Positions 12,086 to 24,797 of a stretch of DNA of 64,000 nucleotides are shown piece by piece. The stretch's first letter is position 1; each line of letters begins with the position of its first letter. The DNA lies in the NCBI RefSeq assembly GCF_004010195.1, contig NC_057749.1, positions 14,419,142 through 14,483,141 on the forward strand, read 5' to 3'. The notes below the pieces were generated by a model. The model saw only the letters and a list, made by a program, of their open reading frames with translations. It ran no database searches and had not been told where the DNA came from. The translations under genes and the position numbers were made by a program. The DNA comes from Chiloscyllium plagiosum. Its lineage: Eukaryota.

Positions 12086-14320
12086 AAGAAAGAGGGTTGA
12101 GAGAAAATGTAAGAGAAGAATGAAGAATGAGAAGAATGTGAGGGGAGAAGATGGTGGTGGAAAATTTCATGTTTTGCTCTGAGAAAATGTATGTCTACAT
12201 GATCAACTTTCAAGTCTTGAGCAGTTTTCAAGCAAATGGATTGATGGGGTAAAAAGAATATGCCATTCTATTGAAGGGCATCAGTTTGAAATATTTTGCT
12301 TATTCAGTATCTTAGGTTATTCTGGATTTGGGAATATTTGAAGGGTAGAATGTGGATGAGAGAACATTCGGAGGGGAGAATGTGTTTGAAAACTGGGATG
12401 GAATGACCTTGAGTGGGGCAATATGGTGATGAGGCATTTAGAGGATAGCATGTGAGTAGGGGAATAATGGAGGGAAGAATGCCATACCCTGACTAACCAA
12501 GTGTTAAATGCAGTGAAGTATTGTGAATCTCACCCATGAGAAATTGCATAGTATAGAAATTGTCCCTATCCATTCAGCTCAGCTTGTCCATACTGGTATT
12601 CACACTCCACAGGAACCTCAAATCTTGCTTCATGTGGTCTTGTTATCATAAATTATTTCTTTCTCACTCATGTTTATGTTTAGCTTCCCTTTAAATTAAT
12701 CTATAATATTTACCTCAACTATCCCTTGTGATAGCATGTTTCACATTCTTACTACAATTAGATCAAGATGTTTCTCCTGATTTATTGAGAACCTACATAT
12801 GGTAGAAATGATTCTGTTCAATTTCGAGTCTTCAGGAAGAAAAAATATATACTTATTTTAATACTTCGTTAATAATCTTAATAACTTGATATGGCATATC
12901 AGTGCAAATTGACAGTATCTTTGAATTTACTGAATTTATTACAGTCCTTAGTTCTGAGAATCAGTCACAGGGCCAGTTTTCAGTATAATTCCAGCATGAC
13001 TAATACCTGATAACAGATGCCAATGTTTTTCATTGTATTCAGACTTTCCCGCTGGAATTGGTGACATACTTTAGAAGCAAAAAAGATGGAAACCCATTGG
13101 AAATAACAGATTTTTTTCTTGAATGTTCAATTTCTTTTCTCACACCCCATAAAAGTGACCATTGATTAATATATGGGAGTCTATCCTCCAAAGTGGTTGA
13201 CCCTAGAAATCCAAACGAGGACTCAAAGAAACTTATGCAGTTAACCATGTCAAAGCTGAAGAAGAATACACCATCGTCATAGTAACAAAGAGAAAATCAA
13301 TGACTTTATTTGGTTCATCAGAAACGTAGTTAGAGAGATTCATAAAAATATTTACAGTATAGATTTGCATAAAATTGCATCTCTTTTTCTTTAAACATTG
13401 AATTTCTTGCTAAGATTCATTGTACACAGATTAGGATGAGGACCAAAAACAAGCCTGGTACTGGTGTCTCAACATGTTTTCAGCATAAGAATGAAAGAAA
13501 AGCATTTTCTGGGTAATAACATGTGAAGATTAGCAAATTCTAAAACAAAGGCCTATAATGGAGGTACCCACATTTGTGCAACACTGAAACATCAATGCAT
13601 CTGTACAAAGGTAATCACTATATCCAGATTATGCAACAGGCCTAAGAATATGTAAGATACTAATTAAAGAAAATTATCAACTTTGAAAACTAAATGAGAA
13701 AAATGACTGTTAATGTTTTGGATACATTTGGCATATATTTGAACAGTCTATTGTAACCTCTGATTTTACATTTTTTAATTACATTTTTCTTTAAGAAAGG
13801 AAATAAATACTTCATATATCATTTTTGACAATGTTAGGGTGTCCCAAAATATTGTACAGATAATCAATTACTTTTGAAGTGAGGTCACTGTTAAAAGGTG
13901 AGAATCACAGTGAGCAATTTGTGCACATTCAGTTGGACATTTCTGCGGCCAGGAAGGGAAAGCACATTGCTAGACACTGACAAAATATTTTGGCCATACT
14001 ATAAAAGAGGATTCACTTGACAGATTTAGATTAAATTAAAGGGAAATCAGAGTTAAAAAGAGTTCTATTGAGCACAGGAGTTTTCTGATAGTCATTAATT
14101 TTAAATAATTTTTTGAAGGAAAGACTATTCATTTCAGATAACATTTTCATATTGCCATATCAGAAATTATAAATTAAAGTTGCTATGCAAAAATAAGTTC
14201 CTACTGTCCACAACAGACCAAGAAAATCCTGGATTTGAAGCCCATGATTGAGCTATCTGATTTCAGCAGATAAAACAAGTAGAACCAATGGTCTCAAAAA
14301 TAAAACTTATACTCCAAAAA

Positions 14321-14355
14321 CACCTGATGAAGGAGCAGCGCTTCGAAAGCTAATG
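14321..14355 (+). ncRNA. Minimal hammerhead motif in a Penelope 3' fragment (about 14305-14407); core intact, stem I mismatched
   Basis: CAC-CTGATGA-A-GGAGC-AGC-GCTTC-GAAA-GC-TA-ATG. Confidence 0.6.
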
Positions 14356-15149
14356 CTTCCAAATAAACCCGTTTGACTATAACCTGGTGTTGTGTGTTTT
14401 TAACTTTGAGTTATCATGTCACCCCTGCTTGAACAGTTTACACAATCAAACTGGGTGGGGAATTCATGGAGGCAAACCAGCAGGGAGTTAGAATTCAGGC
14501 CAACTTTCAAAGAAGTCAGTTTGGGTTAAACAAACACTTCATGCTGTTTGGGTTTCTCCTGCTCCATTTTTCTTAAACAACTTCATAGGGAAAGACAAAA
14601 GCAGTAATGTCGTGGGAAAACCATCGTCTGCAAGCAACCTTCCAAGACACACACCATCCTGAGTTGGCCATATGTCAACATTCCTGGGTTGATGTTGTGG
14701 AATTTCCTACCAAACCTCATTATGGGAGCAACAGTTGAATAATAAAGTTTAGTGTTTCACATGAGCTCAGCGACTGTGCTTCTTCAAACACATAATAAGT
14801 GGAAATTTGAAGCTATATAACAATCTCCAAGCCACCATTTCAAATTACCATTCAGGTCAAAATATGTTGACACTTCTCTACAGCTACTGGGCATGTTTTC
14901 TTGATGTGTTTTTAGTTTGTCTCTCGCTAAGTACATCATAAAAGGTATTATTATAGAGTAGTAATAAAAATGTCCCGACTGTCGTGAAATTCTTTAGTAA
15001 TTTTCCCTTAATTAATTTGTGAAAACATTGATTGAATATATGAGCTGTGAAACGGTTAAAATGCTTTTTCCTAATACACGATTTTACATTTTCTCCATAT
15101 ATATTGTTCATACACATATCTACATGTAAATCAATTAAAAAGTCAAGCG

Positions 15150-15649
15150 CTGCCCCCAAATTCTCCTCTCCCGGACCCTGTCGTGTATTTTGGACATGTA
15201 GTTTTCCAAACGCTTTCCCAAAGCTTTTAAACCTGGACTCTGCCTTTAGAGCAAACTACAACTCCCGAAAGTCTTAGCGGAGACCGAGCCGGTCTGGGGA
15301 GAGAGAGGAAAACACACCCGCTTACACAAAAGAATCCGGCGGCACTTTTGGGACCGTCACCTTTTTCCTTTTGAATTTTCCTTCTCCTGACTGAGTGTAA
15401 AACGATCAATTGGAACATAAGTGGGCGAAGTTTTTATTTAAGAGTGGTGGTGGATTTTCAAACGTTGAAAGTAGTTCCGTTCGCCCGTCCATCCTTCCCC
15501 CTCCATACGTTGCCATGGCGCGTGGCGTTTGGTCCGCCGTGGTCTTGGTGATGCGGTGCTGGAGGGATTGACGCCATTTTGTTCATTTGTGGAACCCCCC
15601 CTATAAGGAGCAGAGTGCAGCCAATAGTTGGAGCCCGGTTCTGTACCAG
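15150..15649 (+). promoter_or_regulatory. HMG20A: CpG-rich promoter and probable non-coding exon 1 of HMG20A
   Basis: CpG-dense stretch in a CpG-poor background, RFX X-box-like GTTGCCATGGCG (15509-15520), YY1 motif CGCCATTTTG (15572-15581), and donor CAG|gtcagt after 15649. The TSS cannot be fixed from sequence. Confidence 0.7.
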
Positions 15650-16784
15650 GTCAGTGTGAGGAAGCAAAGGGGGAATGGGCTACTGTGCATTGTCCAGCTT
15701 GCTGAATTGTAGTTGATGTTTTCGCCTTTTTGTTTATAAAAGAGCTCCCTCCACTTCAGAGGCTAGCAAGACAGGTTTTAAAGAAAAAAAAATACTAAAC
15801 CACAGTGACACTAAGCCAGCCCCAGTCTTGTTAAGGTGCGAAGTAATTAGATTTGCGAATAGGTACAGTGCGCCTGGCAATTCTTCTCAGTGTGGGGTAG
15901 GCAGAAGTAAATCATGAAATATCAAGCAATAAACTTGAGGTTGGAAAGTGAACAGTTGTCAAACTTAACCTTCTCACCCCTCCAAAAAGCATGTGCTATT
16001 TTCATAAATGTAGGTTTATCTCATTGGTTATATTATCACACAAGTTTGTTACTTTATACCCCAGCAAAGTTGGATGGCTGCCATTCTTATCTGCTGCACA
16101 CTACCCCCAAAATTACAGTTCTGGCAGTCTGGAAATGATGCCCTGTTGCATGCCGTTGGACATCCTGGATACCTGCTCTTGGATTGCAATTTCCATTAAT
16201 TATAATTGTTGTCCATTGTGTGATTCCTGTACTGAAATAGAAGGTAGCTAAATGTAGACTGGCATTGTGCCTGCATCTGCACCAAATGTTTTCATTACTG
16301 GCTGAGTCAAAATGACAGCATTTTTGATTAAATTATTGTTTGGTATGTTAGCCAAATGTGGCTAGTTGATTTTTTAATAAATAAAAGATATAACTGATTA
16401 TAACTTCATGTGGATTATGCATGTACACTTTTTCTTGTATGTTTGTTAACAAACAGTAAGACAGAAGTGCAACATGCAAATATTTGATTGTTGTGCTTTA
16501 CTTCCTTGGTTACAAAATGGTGGTAAATGTTAAACTCAAAAGGCAATACATATAGGCAAATCTACTTCATTAAAAGTGAGTGCAATATATTACCTACTAA
16601 AGTTACTATTTGAAAACTGAAAGTTAATATAATAGTGAAAAAAAATTATGGAAGGTTTGAACAAGTTGATTAAAGGGTTTCTGCCATTTAGAGTGTTTGT
16701 GTGCAAGTTATTATTTGCAAACTTTGGGGGAAACAAAAGAAAGGAACTGTAGCAGTGTTTTTAAGCTGAAAGGTTGATCTTTTT

Positions 16785-17110
16785 GTTCTTTCATGGGATG
16801 TAGGGGTCACTATCATAGGCAGCATTTGTTGCCCATCACTAGTTGTCCTTGATGTGACTGGTTTGCTAATGCCATTTCAGAGGCAACCATGTTGCTGTGG
16901 GTCTAGCATCACATGTAGGCTGTACCAGAAAGGATGGCAGATTTCCTTCCTTAAAAGCATTTAGTGAATCAAATGAGTTTTTGGAACAATTAATGATGGT
17001 TTCGTGGATGTCATTATTGAGACTAGTTTTCAGTTCCAGATTTTTAATTAAACTTAAATGGGATTTGAACCATTTGGATTTCAGATCCAAGGGCATTATA
17101 CTATGCTACT
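16785..17110 (-). mobile_element. Deu-domain SINE remnant
   Basis: Deu core ggatggcagatttccttccttaaaagcatttagtgaatc. Confidence 0.75.
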
Positions 17111-17709
17111 ATGGGGTCAGTTCAGTTGAGCTGGCTGGACGACTGGTTTGTGATGCAGTGTCACCAACACTGTGGCTTCAATTCCTGCACCAACTGGGGT
17201 TACCATGAAGGATTCTCCTTCTCAACTTCTGTCTTTGCCTGAGGTGTGGTGAACCTCAGGGTAAATGACCACCAGTTGTCCCTCTCTAATGAATGAGCAG
17301 CGCTATGGTCTGGTAAAACTATGGTGATTTTATCTTTATTTTCTTAAAGTGTTCAGAAGTAAGAAACCTCAATTAGTGACAAAGAGGAATAAGACAGATT
17401 CTTGTCAAAAAATGGGATTGAGATTTATTTGAAATTGTTTTATGGATAGGCGCATAATAGAGCAAAGGTGTTCTTCCTGAAATCTCTGATGCAAAATTAG
17501 CTCCCATGCCACTACTGCCCAGAAATAGAAATTTTAACAAAGGCTTATGATTATAGCCAACATTATTTTTAATTATCTATATGCTTTTACATTAATTATT
17601 TATTTTAAGCTGCTATCAAGAGCTTTTCCTTTGATTAGTTGAAGACTCTTTTTGCATGTACATTCTGTGAATCATACAGATTCAGTCCAAGTTAAATAAC
17701 AGTGGATGA

Positions 17710-17985
17710 CCAAAGAGACTTGGGATTTTAGGTGCATAGATCTTTAAAATATCATAAACAGGTGTAGAAAAAAATCAAGAAAGCTAATGTAATGTTGGCT
17801 TTTATATCTCATAGATTATAGTGATATAGAGATTATGTTACAGTTATTAAAAAAAACCTGGTTACACTTCACTTGGAGTACTGTGGGCAGATCTGGGCAC
17901 CACATCTTAGAAAGGATATAATGGCTTTGGAGGGAGTACATCATAGGTTTATAAGAATAATTCCTGGATTTCAGGGGTTAAATTA
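17710..17985 (+). mobile_element. Old CR1 fragment, partly duplicated at 19240-19451
   Basis: IKKANVMLAFI...HLEYCGQIWAPHLRKDI motif remnants. Confidence 0.75.
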
Positions 17986-19615
17986 TTGCATTGTCAGCTG
18001 AAACTTTTGCTAAAATCTCTAGAATTGGACTTGAACCCACAAACGTAATAAATTGAGGTTATAGCACTACCCGTTGCGCTGTTGTGTTGGGTGCATTGTT
18101 GCAAATAATAGCTTGTACTTGTGACGCTGATGTGGTAAACTCTGGCCACCTTCTAGCGCCTCTTGTTTCTGGTTCTTATTTAGATAATTTTTGAGAATCC
18201 TGAGACTGCAGATTACATTGTTGAAAATAAAAGAGGAAAGATCAAAGCGAGAGTGACATATCAGGACTGCACTAGCTTCTGGATCTTAACACAGTGCTTA
18301 ATATGCCTGCTATATTTGTCTGCTCACAAAATGTTGCTTTGTTCACTTTTGTCCTATATCACAGATTTCCCTCAGGTTTCATTGTGTGAGTAGATGTTAT
18401 TGATATTTTCATATTTTTCTTACTTTTTACAACTGTTGAGAAGTTAATCCTTGTACCCCATTGAAATTGCAGTACTGATTTTGCAGGCTGTGTTGTAATA
18501 TAAAATTAGACTCTAGTGATTCCAGAAGGCAGGATCAACACCTAGCCTGTGGTTTTAATTTCCTGCATCTCAAAGTAAAATGCTGACCATAATAGAAGTT
18601 GCCACAACCACCATTTTCTGCTGTTTTATCTTGTCTAAAGTTGAAATTCTCCAGGGGATAGTTCTGATGTGTGGCATTTTTTATGGATGCATTACTACAG
18701 AATCCCAGGAACCCATGCCATGCCTGACCTTCAAGCCCTTGCTACTCTCAGCATGAGTGCTCAAAAAAATGAAAGCACAAGAAGAAAAATTATGATTTAC
18801 AAGAATGGATGAACCAAACAGATGCAACTTAACCCAATTAATTTACAGATTCAACAATCTATTGATTTATTTGCACATTGAGTTTCTATTTAAAAAAGGT
18901 CTAGAGTTTGGGCTGAGTGCCAATATATTGTCTAACTGAATGAACAGCAGCTCAGTCACATCGCATTTCTGAGTAATGAGTGTGAGCTGCCCAACTAACA
19001 GACCAATACCACATTTCATTTTTTTCGAAGAGTAGTGCTAAACAAAGTCCTCTTTCAAAAATCATTCATGGTCCTTTGAACTTTCTTATACCCTTTTCAC
19101 TGTGTCCTGACTAGCCATAAATAAACAAAAAATATAGAGGGTGTTTTTTTCATAAGGGCTTCAAAACTGTGTAAGTGGCTCAGCCAGCTTTCACAATAAA
19201 TAGTGTAAGCGTGGAAGATCCTCAGATTAACCTCTATGTCCAAAGAGACTTGGAATTTCAGGTGCATAGATCTTTAAAATATCGTGAACAGATGTGGAAA
19301 ATAATCAAGAAAGCTAATGGAATGCCGGCTTTTCTATCTAGCAGATAGACTATAGTGATATAGAGATTATGTTATAGTTATAAAAAACACTGGTTACACT
19401 TCACTTGGAGTACTGTGAGCAGATCTGGGGGCACCACATCTCAGAAAGGATTTCAATCATTTGATCACAGCTGCAAAAGCTATAGGTGTGCAATAGTTGG
19501 TAATTTATGTAACAGGATCCATTCTTGGTCACTAATTTGCAGAAAATGCATGCATGAATCTTGATTAAGAATTATATCTGCTATATATAAAAGCCAGCAT
19601 TCCATTAGCTTTCTT

Positions 19616-19872
19616 GAAACCAACATGGTCATTCCAAAAGATGAGAGACTTAACAAACAATCCAGGTCTTTTTCAATATATAATTTCAGTTACATCACAC
19701 TGTAATCTTTTGCTATAAGTTCTTTCTTACAATCTTATAATCCACAACCACCTGATGAAGGAGCAGTGCTTCGAAAGCTAGTGCTTCAAAATAAACCTAT
19801 TGGATTATAACCTGGTGTTGTGTGATTTTTAACTTTGTACACCCCAGTCCAACACCGGCATCTCCAAATCAA
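19616..19872 (+). mobile_element. Penelope-like terminal repeat fragment carrying the intact hammerhead
   Basis: Highly similar to 24540-24797. Confidence 0.8.
19749..19783 (+). ncRNA. Minimal type-I hammerhead ribozyme motif (Penelope-associated), catalytic core intact
   Basis: CAC-CTGATGA-A-GGAGC-AGT-GCTTC-GAAA-GC-TA-GTG: stem I CAC/GTG, stem II GGAGC/GCTTC, palindromic AGCT in place of helix III, predicted cleavage after CUA. Confidence 0.75.
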
Positions 19873-19919
19873 GTCCTGATGCTCTCTGGTCAGCTAACCT
19901 GCAAACATTTGTAATCTTC

Positions 19920-20988
19920 CCTTATGGCAGACACCATGTACCTGGCCCTACACGCATCCCTGGAACATCTGGACAACAATGATACCTACAACAGGCTTCT
20001 ACTTATCGACTACAGCTCCAACTTCAACACCATAATTCCAAACATCTCCAAACTCCAGGAACTAGATTACTGCTCTCCCATATGTAACTGGATTCTCAAC
20101 TTCCTGACCAACAGATTGCCGTCAGTATGGATAGGTGACAACAACACATCCATGATAATCCTCAACACCTGTGCCCAGTAAGGCTGTGTACTCAGCCCCC
20201 TACAATGCCCCTTATACACTCAATTGGCCAAATTCGACACCATCTCCATTTACAAGTTTGGAAACGACACCACAGTAGAAAGTCAGATCTCAAACAACAG
20301 CAAGATGGAGTACAAGAAGAGGAAGATAGGGTGCTTAATGGCATGGTGTAAAGATAAGAATCAGCAAAATGAAGGAGTTGGTCTTTCACTCAAGAAGTGG
20401 AGTGGAGGACACGCACCTGTCTGCATCAATGGTGTTGAGGTGGAGAGGGTCGAAAGCACCAAGTTCCTGGGAGTGACAATCACCAACAGTCTGTCTTGGG
20501 CTACCTACCTTGACACTACGGTCAAGAAAGCACATGCAATGCCTCTACTTCTTTAGGAGGCAAAGGAAATCCAGTGTGTCCATAAAGTATTACAAATTTT
20601 TATGGATGCAATGTTAGAAAGCATCCTATCTGGGTGCGTCACAATGTGCTCTTCCCGAGACTGAAAGACATTACAGAGACTTGTGAACACAGCCCAGTTC
20701 ATCACACAACCAGCCTCTCATCCATTGACTTCTATACTTCCTGCTGCCTCTAAAAAACAACCAAAATAATCAAAGTCCTGTCTCACCGCTTTATATGCTC
20801 TTCCACCCTCTTTCACAGGCAGAAGATATAAAGATTTGTATACACGTACAAACAGATTGAAGAAAAGCTTCTTTACCGTTGTTATCAGACTTCTGAATGA
20901 ACTTTTTAAATGTTAATGTTAATTTCTCTCTTAGCAGCTGTAACACTGTACCTTGTGCTCTGTTCTGTTACCCTGACGCACTTGTATA
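19920..20988 (+). mobile_element. Rex1/Babar-type LINE fragment (RT to 3' end)
   Basis: LALHASLEHLDNNDTYNRLLLIDYSSNFNTIIP, IYKFGNDTTV, VERVESTKFLGVTITNSLSW. Confidence 0.85.
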
Positions 20989-21300
20989 GATTAGATTAGA
21001 TTCCCTACGGTATGGAAACAGGCCCTTCTGCCCAAAAAGTCCACATCGACCCTCAGAAGAGTGACCCACCCAGACCCATTTCTCGCTGACTAATGCACCT
21101 AACACTATGGGCAATTTGGCATGGCCAGTTCACCTGACCTGCACATCTTTGAACTGTGGAAGGAAACTGGAGCACCTGGAGGAAACCCATGCAGACCCAG
21201 GGAGAATGTGCAGATTCCACAAAAACAGTCGTCCAAGGCTGAAAGCGAATCTGGGACCCTGGTACTGTGAGGCAGCAGTGCTAACCACCGTGCCACCCCA
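20988..21300 (-). mobile_element. HE1/V-SINE-like copy
   Basis: Full-length reverse-complement SINE with a (ttaga)n tail. Confidence 0.9.
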
Positions 21301-22186
21301 TGTAGTACAATCTCCTGTAAAACAACACTTTTCACTGTACCCTCGGTACACATGACCATAATAAATCAAATCAAAATTGAAAAATAAGCATGGTACAATA
21401 TCAAAATTGCCTTTATCTACTGTATATCAGCTTGAGTCCTGAAAAAGAGTCACACCTGAAATGTTGACTTCTCCACTTTCTGATGCTTCCTGGCTTGCTG
21501 TGTTCTTCCAGCCTCCTGCTTATCTATCTGAGTCAACTACCTTAGCACACCTTATTTGTGCAGTGGCTCTGATCTCTGAGAGATGACTTTAAAGGTTGTC
21601 AAAACTTTTAAAATATGTTCTGAATTTCTGCAGCTCTTTTGACACTATAGCACTAAACCTCTAATTTGACTTTTGTGAAAGATATTTTGTCTTCATTCTA
21701 TTTCTACCAACGGGCTGTTTTTTTAAATAAATATTTTTATTAAGAAAAGATTTTAAGTTTTTTACAAAATTACAAAACTAGTACAAATTAGTATGACCAC
21801 TGTACAATATAATAACACTGTCAGGCTGTTTAAAGTGAGAATCTTGATGAACTGTACCTCTTTCTGAAATCAGTGTTTCTCTTCATACAGAAACAAAAGT
21901 ATATGTAGCAGTCATCTTCCATATCAAATTTGAATTAAAGAACAGCAAATTGCCAGGTCATTTAGAGTATCTAAGGTGTGGGGTGGGGAGGCCAAAGTAT
22001 TCTGCGAACTAAGTTAAAAGCTGAGTTGTCCGGAGACAAAGGGGACAATTTGAAGGATTAGATTTAATGAAAAAACGACTGAAGAAAAATAAAGAGACTT
22101 GTGATGAAAGAAACAAAATAGTCACTCAGAGGAACTCAGAAAAATCTTCCATGTGACCAGAGACATTCCTGACATAGATTTGAAAA

Positions 22187-22622
22187 TATCTTTGCACTTT
22201 TCGCCCAAAGCCTATTATCATGAGTTGATTGTCTGATATAATGGACTAATTATAAAATGCCCAGAAAACAATTGCAACGTAGGTGTTTTCAAATGCAGCT
22301 TCACTCTTTATTCCAACCAGCTGGTAATTATTATTGGGTAGTTCAGCCAACATAGTGCACCATGTATTATAAAGTTTTACCAGACTGTAGATTGTGCACA
22401 TTTGGAGTCTACTGGGTTTTTAATAGAAGAACTTAGAACCCTTTGAGTACTAAAACTAGAATTTAAGTGAATTACAGAATAATAGGCATAGCCTGGTTGG
22501 AATAAAGAGTGAAGCTGCATTTGAAAACACCTACATTGCAATTGCTTTCTGGACATTTTATAATTAGTCCACTATATCAATCACTTTATGATAATAGGCT
22601 TTGGAGGAGAAATGCAAAGATA
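22187..22622. repeat. Inverted repeat, about 135-bp arms (22187-22320 and 22493-22622) with about 170-bp spacer
   Basis: For example gtaggtgttttcaaatgcagcttcactctttattccaaccag versus ctggttggaataaagagtgaagctgcatttgaaaacacctac. Confidence 0.93.
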
Positions 22623-23670
22623 ATAAACTGGCAAGGAGCATAACGTAAGACTTCAGGTCCTTCAATTTTCTTTGTTAGATTATCTCTTGACTGGGCTCAC
22701 TGAGTGCTAACAGTAATCCAGTGTCTTCTTGGGAGAGGATAATTGGCCAATATCAGCAAGTGATTTGATCACAGAGGTTTCATAACCAAGACTATCATGT
22801 TTTCTCCTTTTATTTATCCAAACAAATGTCCAGTGTGCAGTTTTACTCTCAAGCTCTAAGTGAGCACTTGAATGCATAATTGAGGCTGATATTTCACTGC
22901 AATAGTGGTAGAATAGTGTCTTTTAGTGAGGTGATGTTTTTGAATTAGACGTGAAACCAAGACCACCTTTAACCTTGCGGGTGTGTCTGAAACCTCCCAT
23001 TGTCAGTTTAATAAAAGTTATGAGGCATTCCTGGAATCTGTTACTGGGGACAGAATGAATGTGTACTTAGTATGAGCTGATCAGTTCAAATTAATTTGTG
23101 AAAAGCAGGCCATGCCTGACAAATCAATTTGAATATTTTGAGACAGTAGGTGTTTTGGTGGATGGGAAACAGGATGTGGGTGCTCTCCTTTCAATATTAT
23201 CTATATGAACTTACCCAGAATATAAATTGTAATATTTCTGTGCCAAGGTTCATCCCTAAGAGAATACAATCAAAAACTCCTCAATTGGTAATTTATTTTA
23301 TTGTTTTTGTAGCACCTTGCTGTGTACATTTGGACATAGCATTGTCTAAACAAGTGACTACACTTCAAAAGTAACTACTTGACAGCAAATGTTTTGGGGT
23401 ATGATAGACTTTGCATGGACATAAATTTGCTTTTTCCTCCCTCTTCACTTCCCTATCTAATTGCACTATTTACAGTGATTGTATTCCTCATTCTACTGCT
23501 TGAGGTCGAGGACATTGGTCCAGAGGGGAAGGCAACAAGGAAGGAGGTGGCACTGAGTCGCCCTGGTGCCTGTTTATTTCTGATTCTTGTTTTTGAAAAA
23601 TGTATCAAACATAATTTAGAAATAATATTTGTAGTTTACTGTTTTCTGGTCACCAGAATTCAGGTACACA

Positions 23671-24797
23671 GTTAAAAATCACCAGGTTAGAGTCCAATAG
23701 GTTTATTTTGAAGCACTAGTTTGTGGAGCGTTGCTCCTTCAGGTGGTTGTGGAGTATAAGATCGTAAGACACAGAATTTATAGCAAAAGTTTACAGTGTG
23801 ATGCAACTGAAATTATAATATTGAAAAAGACCTGGATTGTTTGTTAAGTCTCTCATCTTTTAGAATGACCATGTTAGTTTCAGTTCTTTCATATGTAAAT
23901 CCCAGAACTTTAAAAAATGTTACATTCTCAAGTGAACTTTAACAATAAGTGCCATGTCAGCCCAGATAATGCCCTATGTGAGCCTGTCTGTGCCCCAATG
24001 TTCAGACTGATTCTATTTCAAAAAAGGGTTTTTCAGAATCATGCAGTTTTTGAGCAAAATAAAATATAATTCTGCAAATACAAATTCACCCCACAGACTT
24101 ACATCTGGGTGTGTGTTGGGGGGAGGAGCATTATGAGTGATTCTGTGATAGTGTATGTGTGTGAGTGTAAAGGGATATAAGTCTGTGAGAGGGTGTGAAT
24201 GTGGGTGTGTATGTGTGAACGTATGAGAGAGAGCTTGTGTGTGAGTGAGGGTCTGTGTGAGTGTGTAGTGCAGTGGGGTCACCTGTAGTGTGACAGGAAC
24301 CCAAAATCCCATTTGGGGCCATCCCATTACATTTTGCTCAAAAACTGCCTGAATCCATTTAAGATTCTGTAAAACTCTTTTTTTAGAAATAGAATCTGTC
24401 TGAACTTTGGGGCACAGACAGCCTCACACAGGGCATCTCATACCTTCAATGCATTACCTGGGCCGACATGGCACCTATTGTTAAAGTTCACTTGAGAATG
24501 TAACTTTAAAAAATGTTCTGGGATTTACATATGAAAGAACTGAAACCAACATGGTCATTCTAAAAAATGAAAGGCTTCACAAACAATTCAGGTCTTTTTC
24601 AATATATAATTTCAGTTGTGTCACACTAAACTTTTGCTATAAATTCTGTGTCTTATGATCTTATACTCCACAACCACCTGATGAAGGAGCAGCGCTCCAA
24701 AAGCTAGTGCTTCCAAATAAAACTGTTGGACTATAACCTGGTGTTGTGTGATTTTTAACTTTGTACACCCCAGTCCAAAACCAGGACCTCCAAATCA
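23671..24797. mobile_element. Penelope-like element with inverted terminal repeats (arms about 23671-24060 and 24330-24760) around a GT-rich spacer
   Basis: Long reverse-complement arms, a hammerhead relic in each arm, about 35 nt of extra tail on the right, and a degenerate TSD (agaattcaggta / agagttcaggca). Confidence 0.85.
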
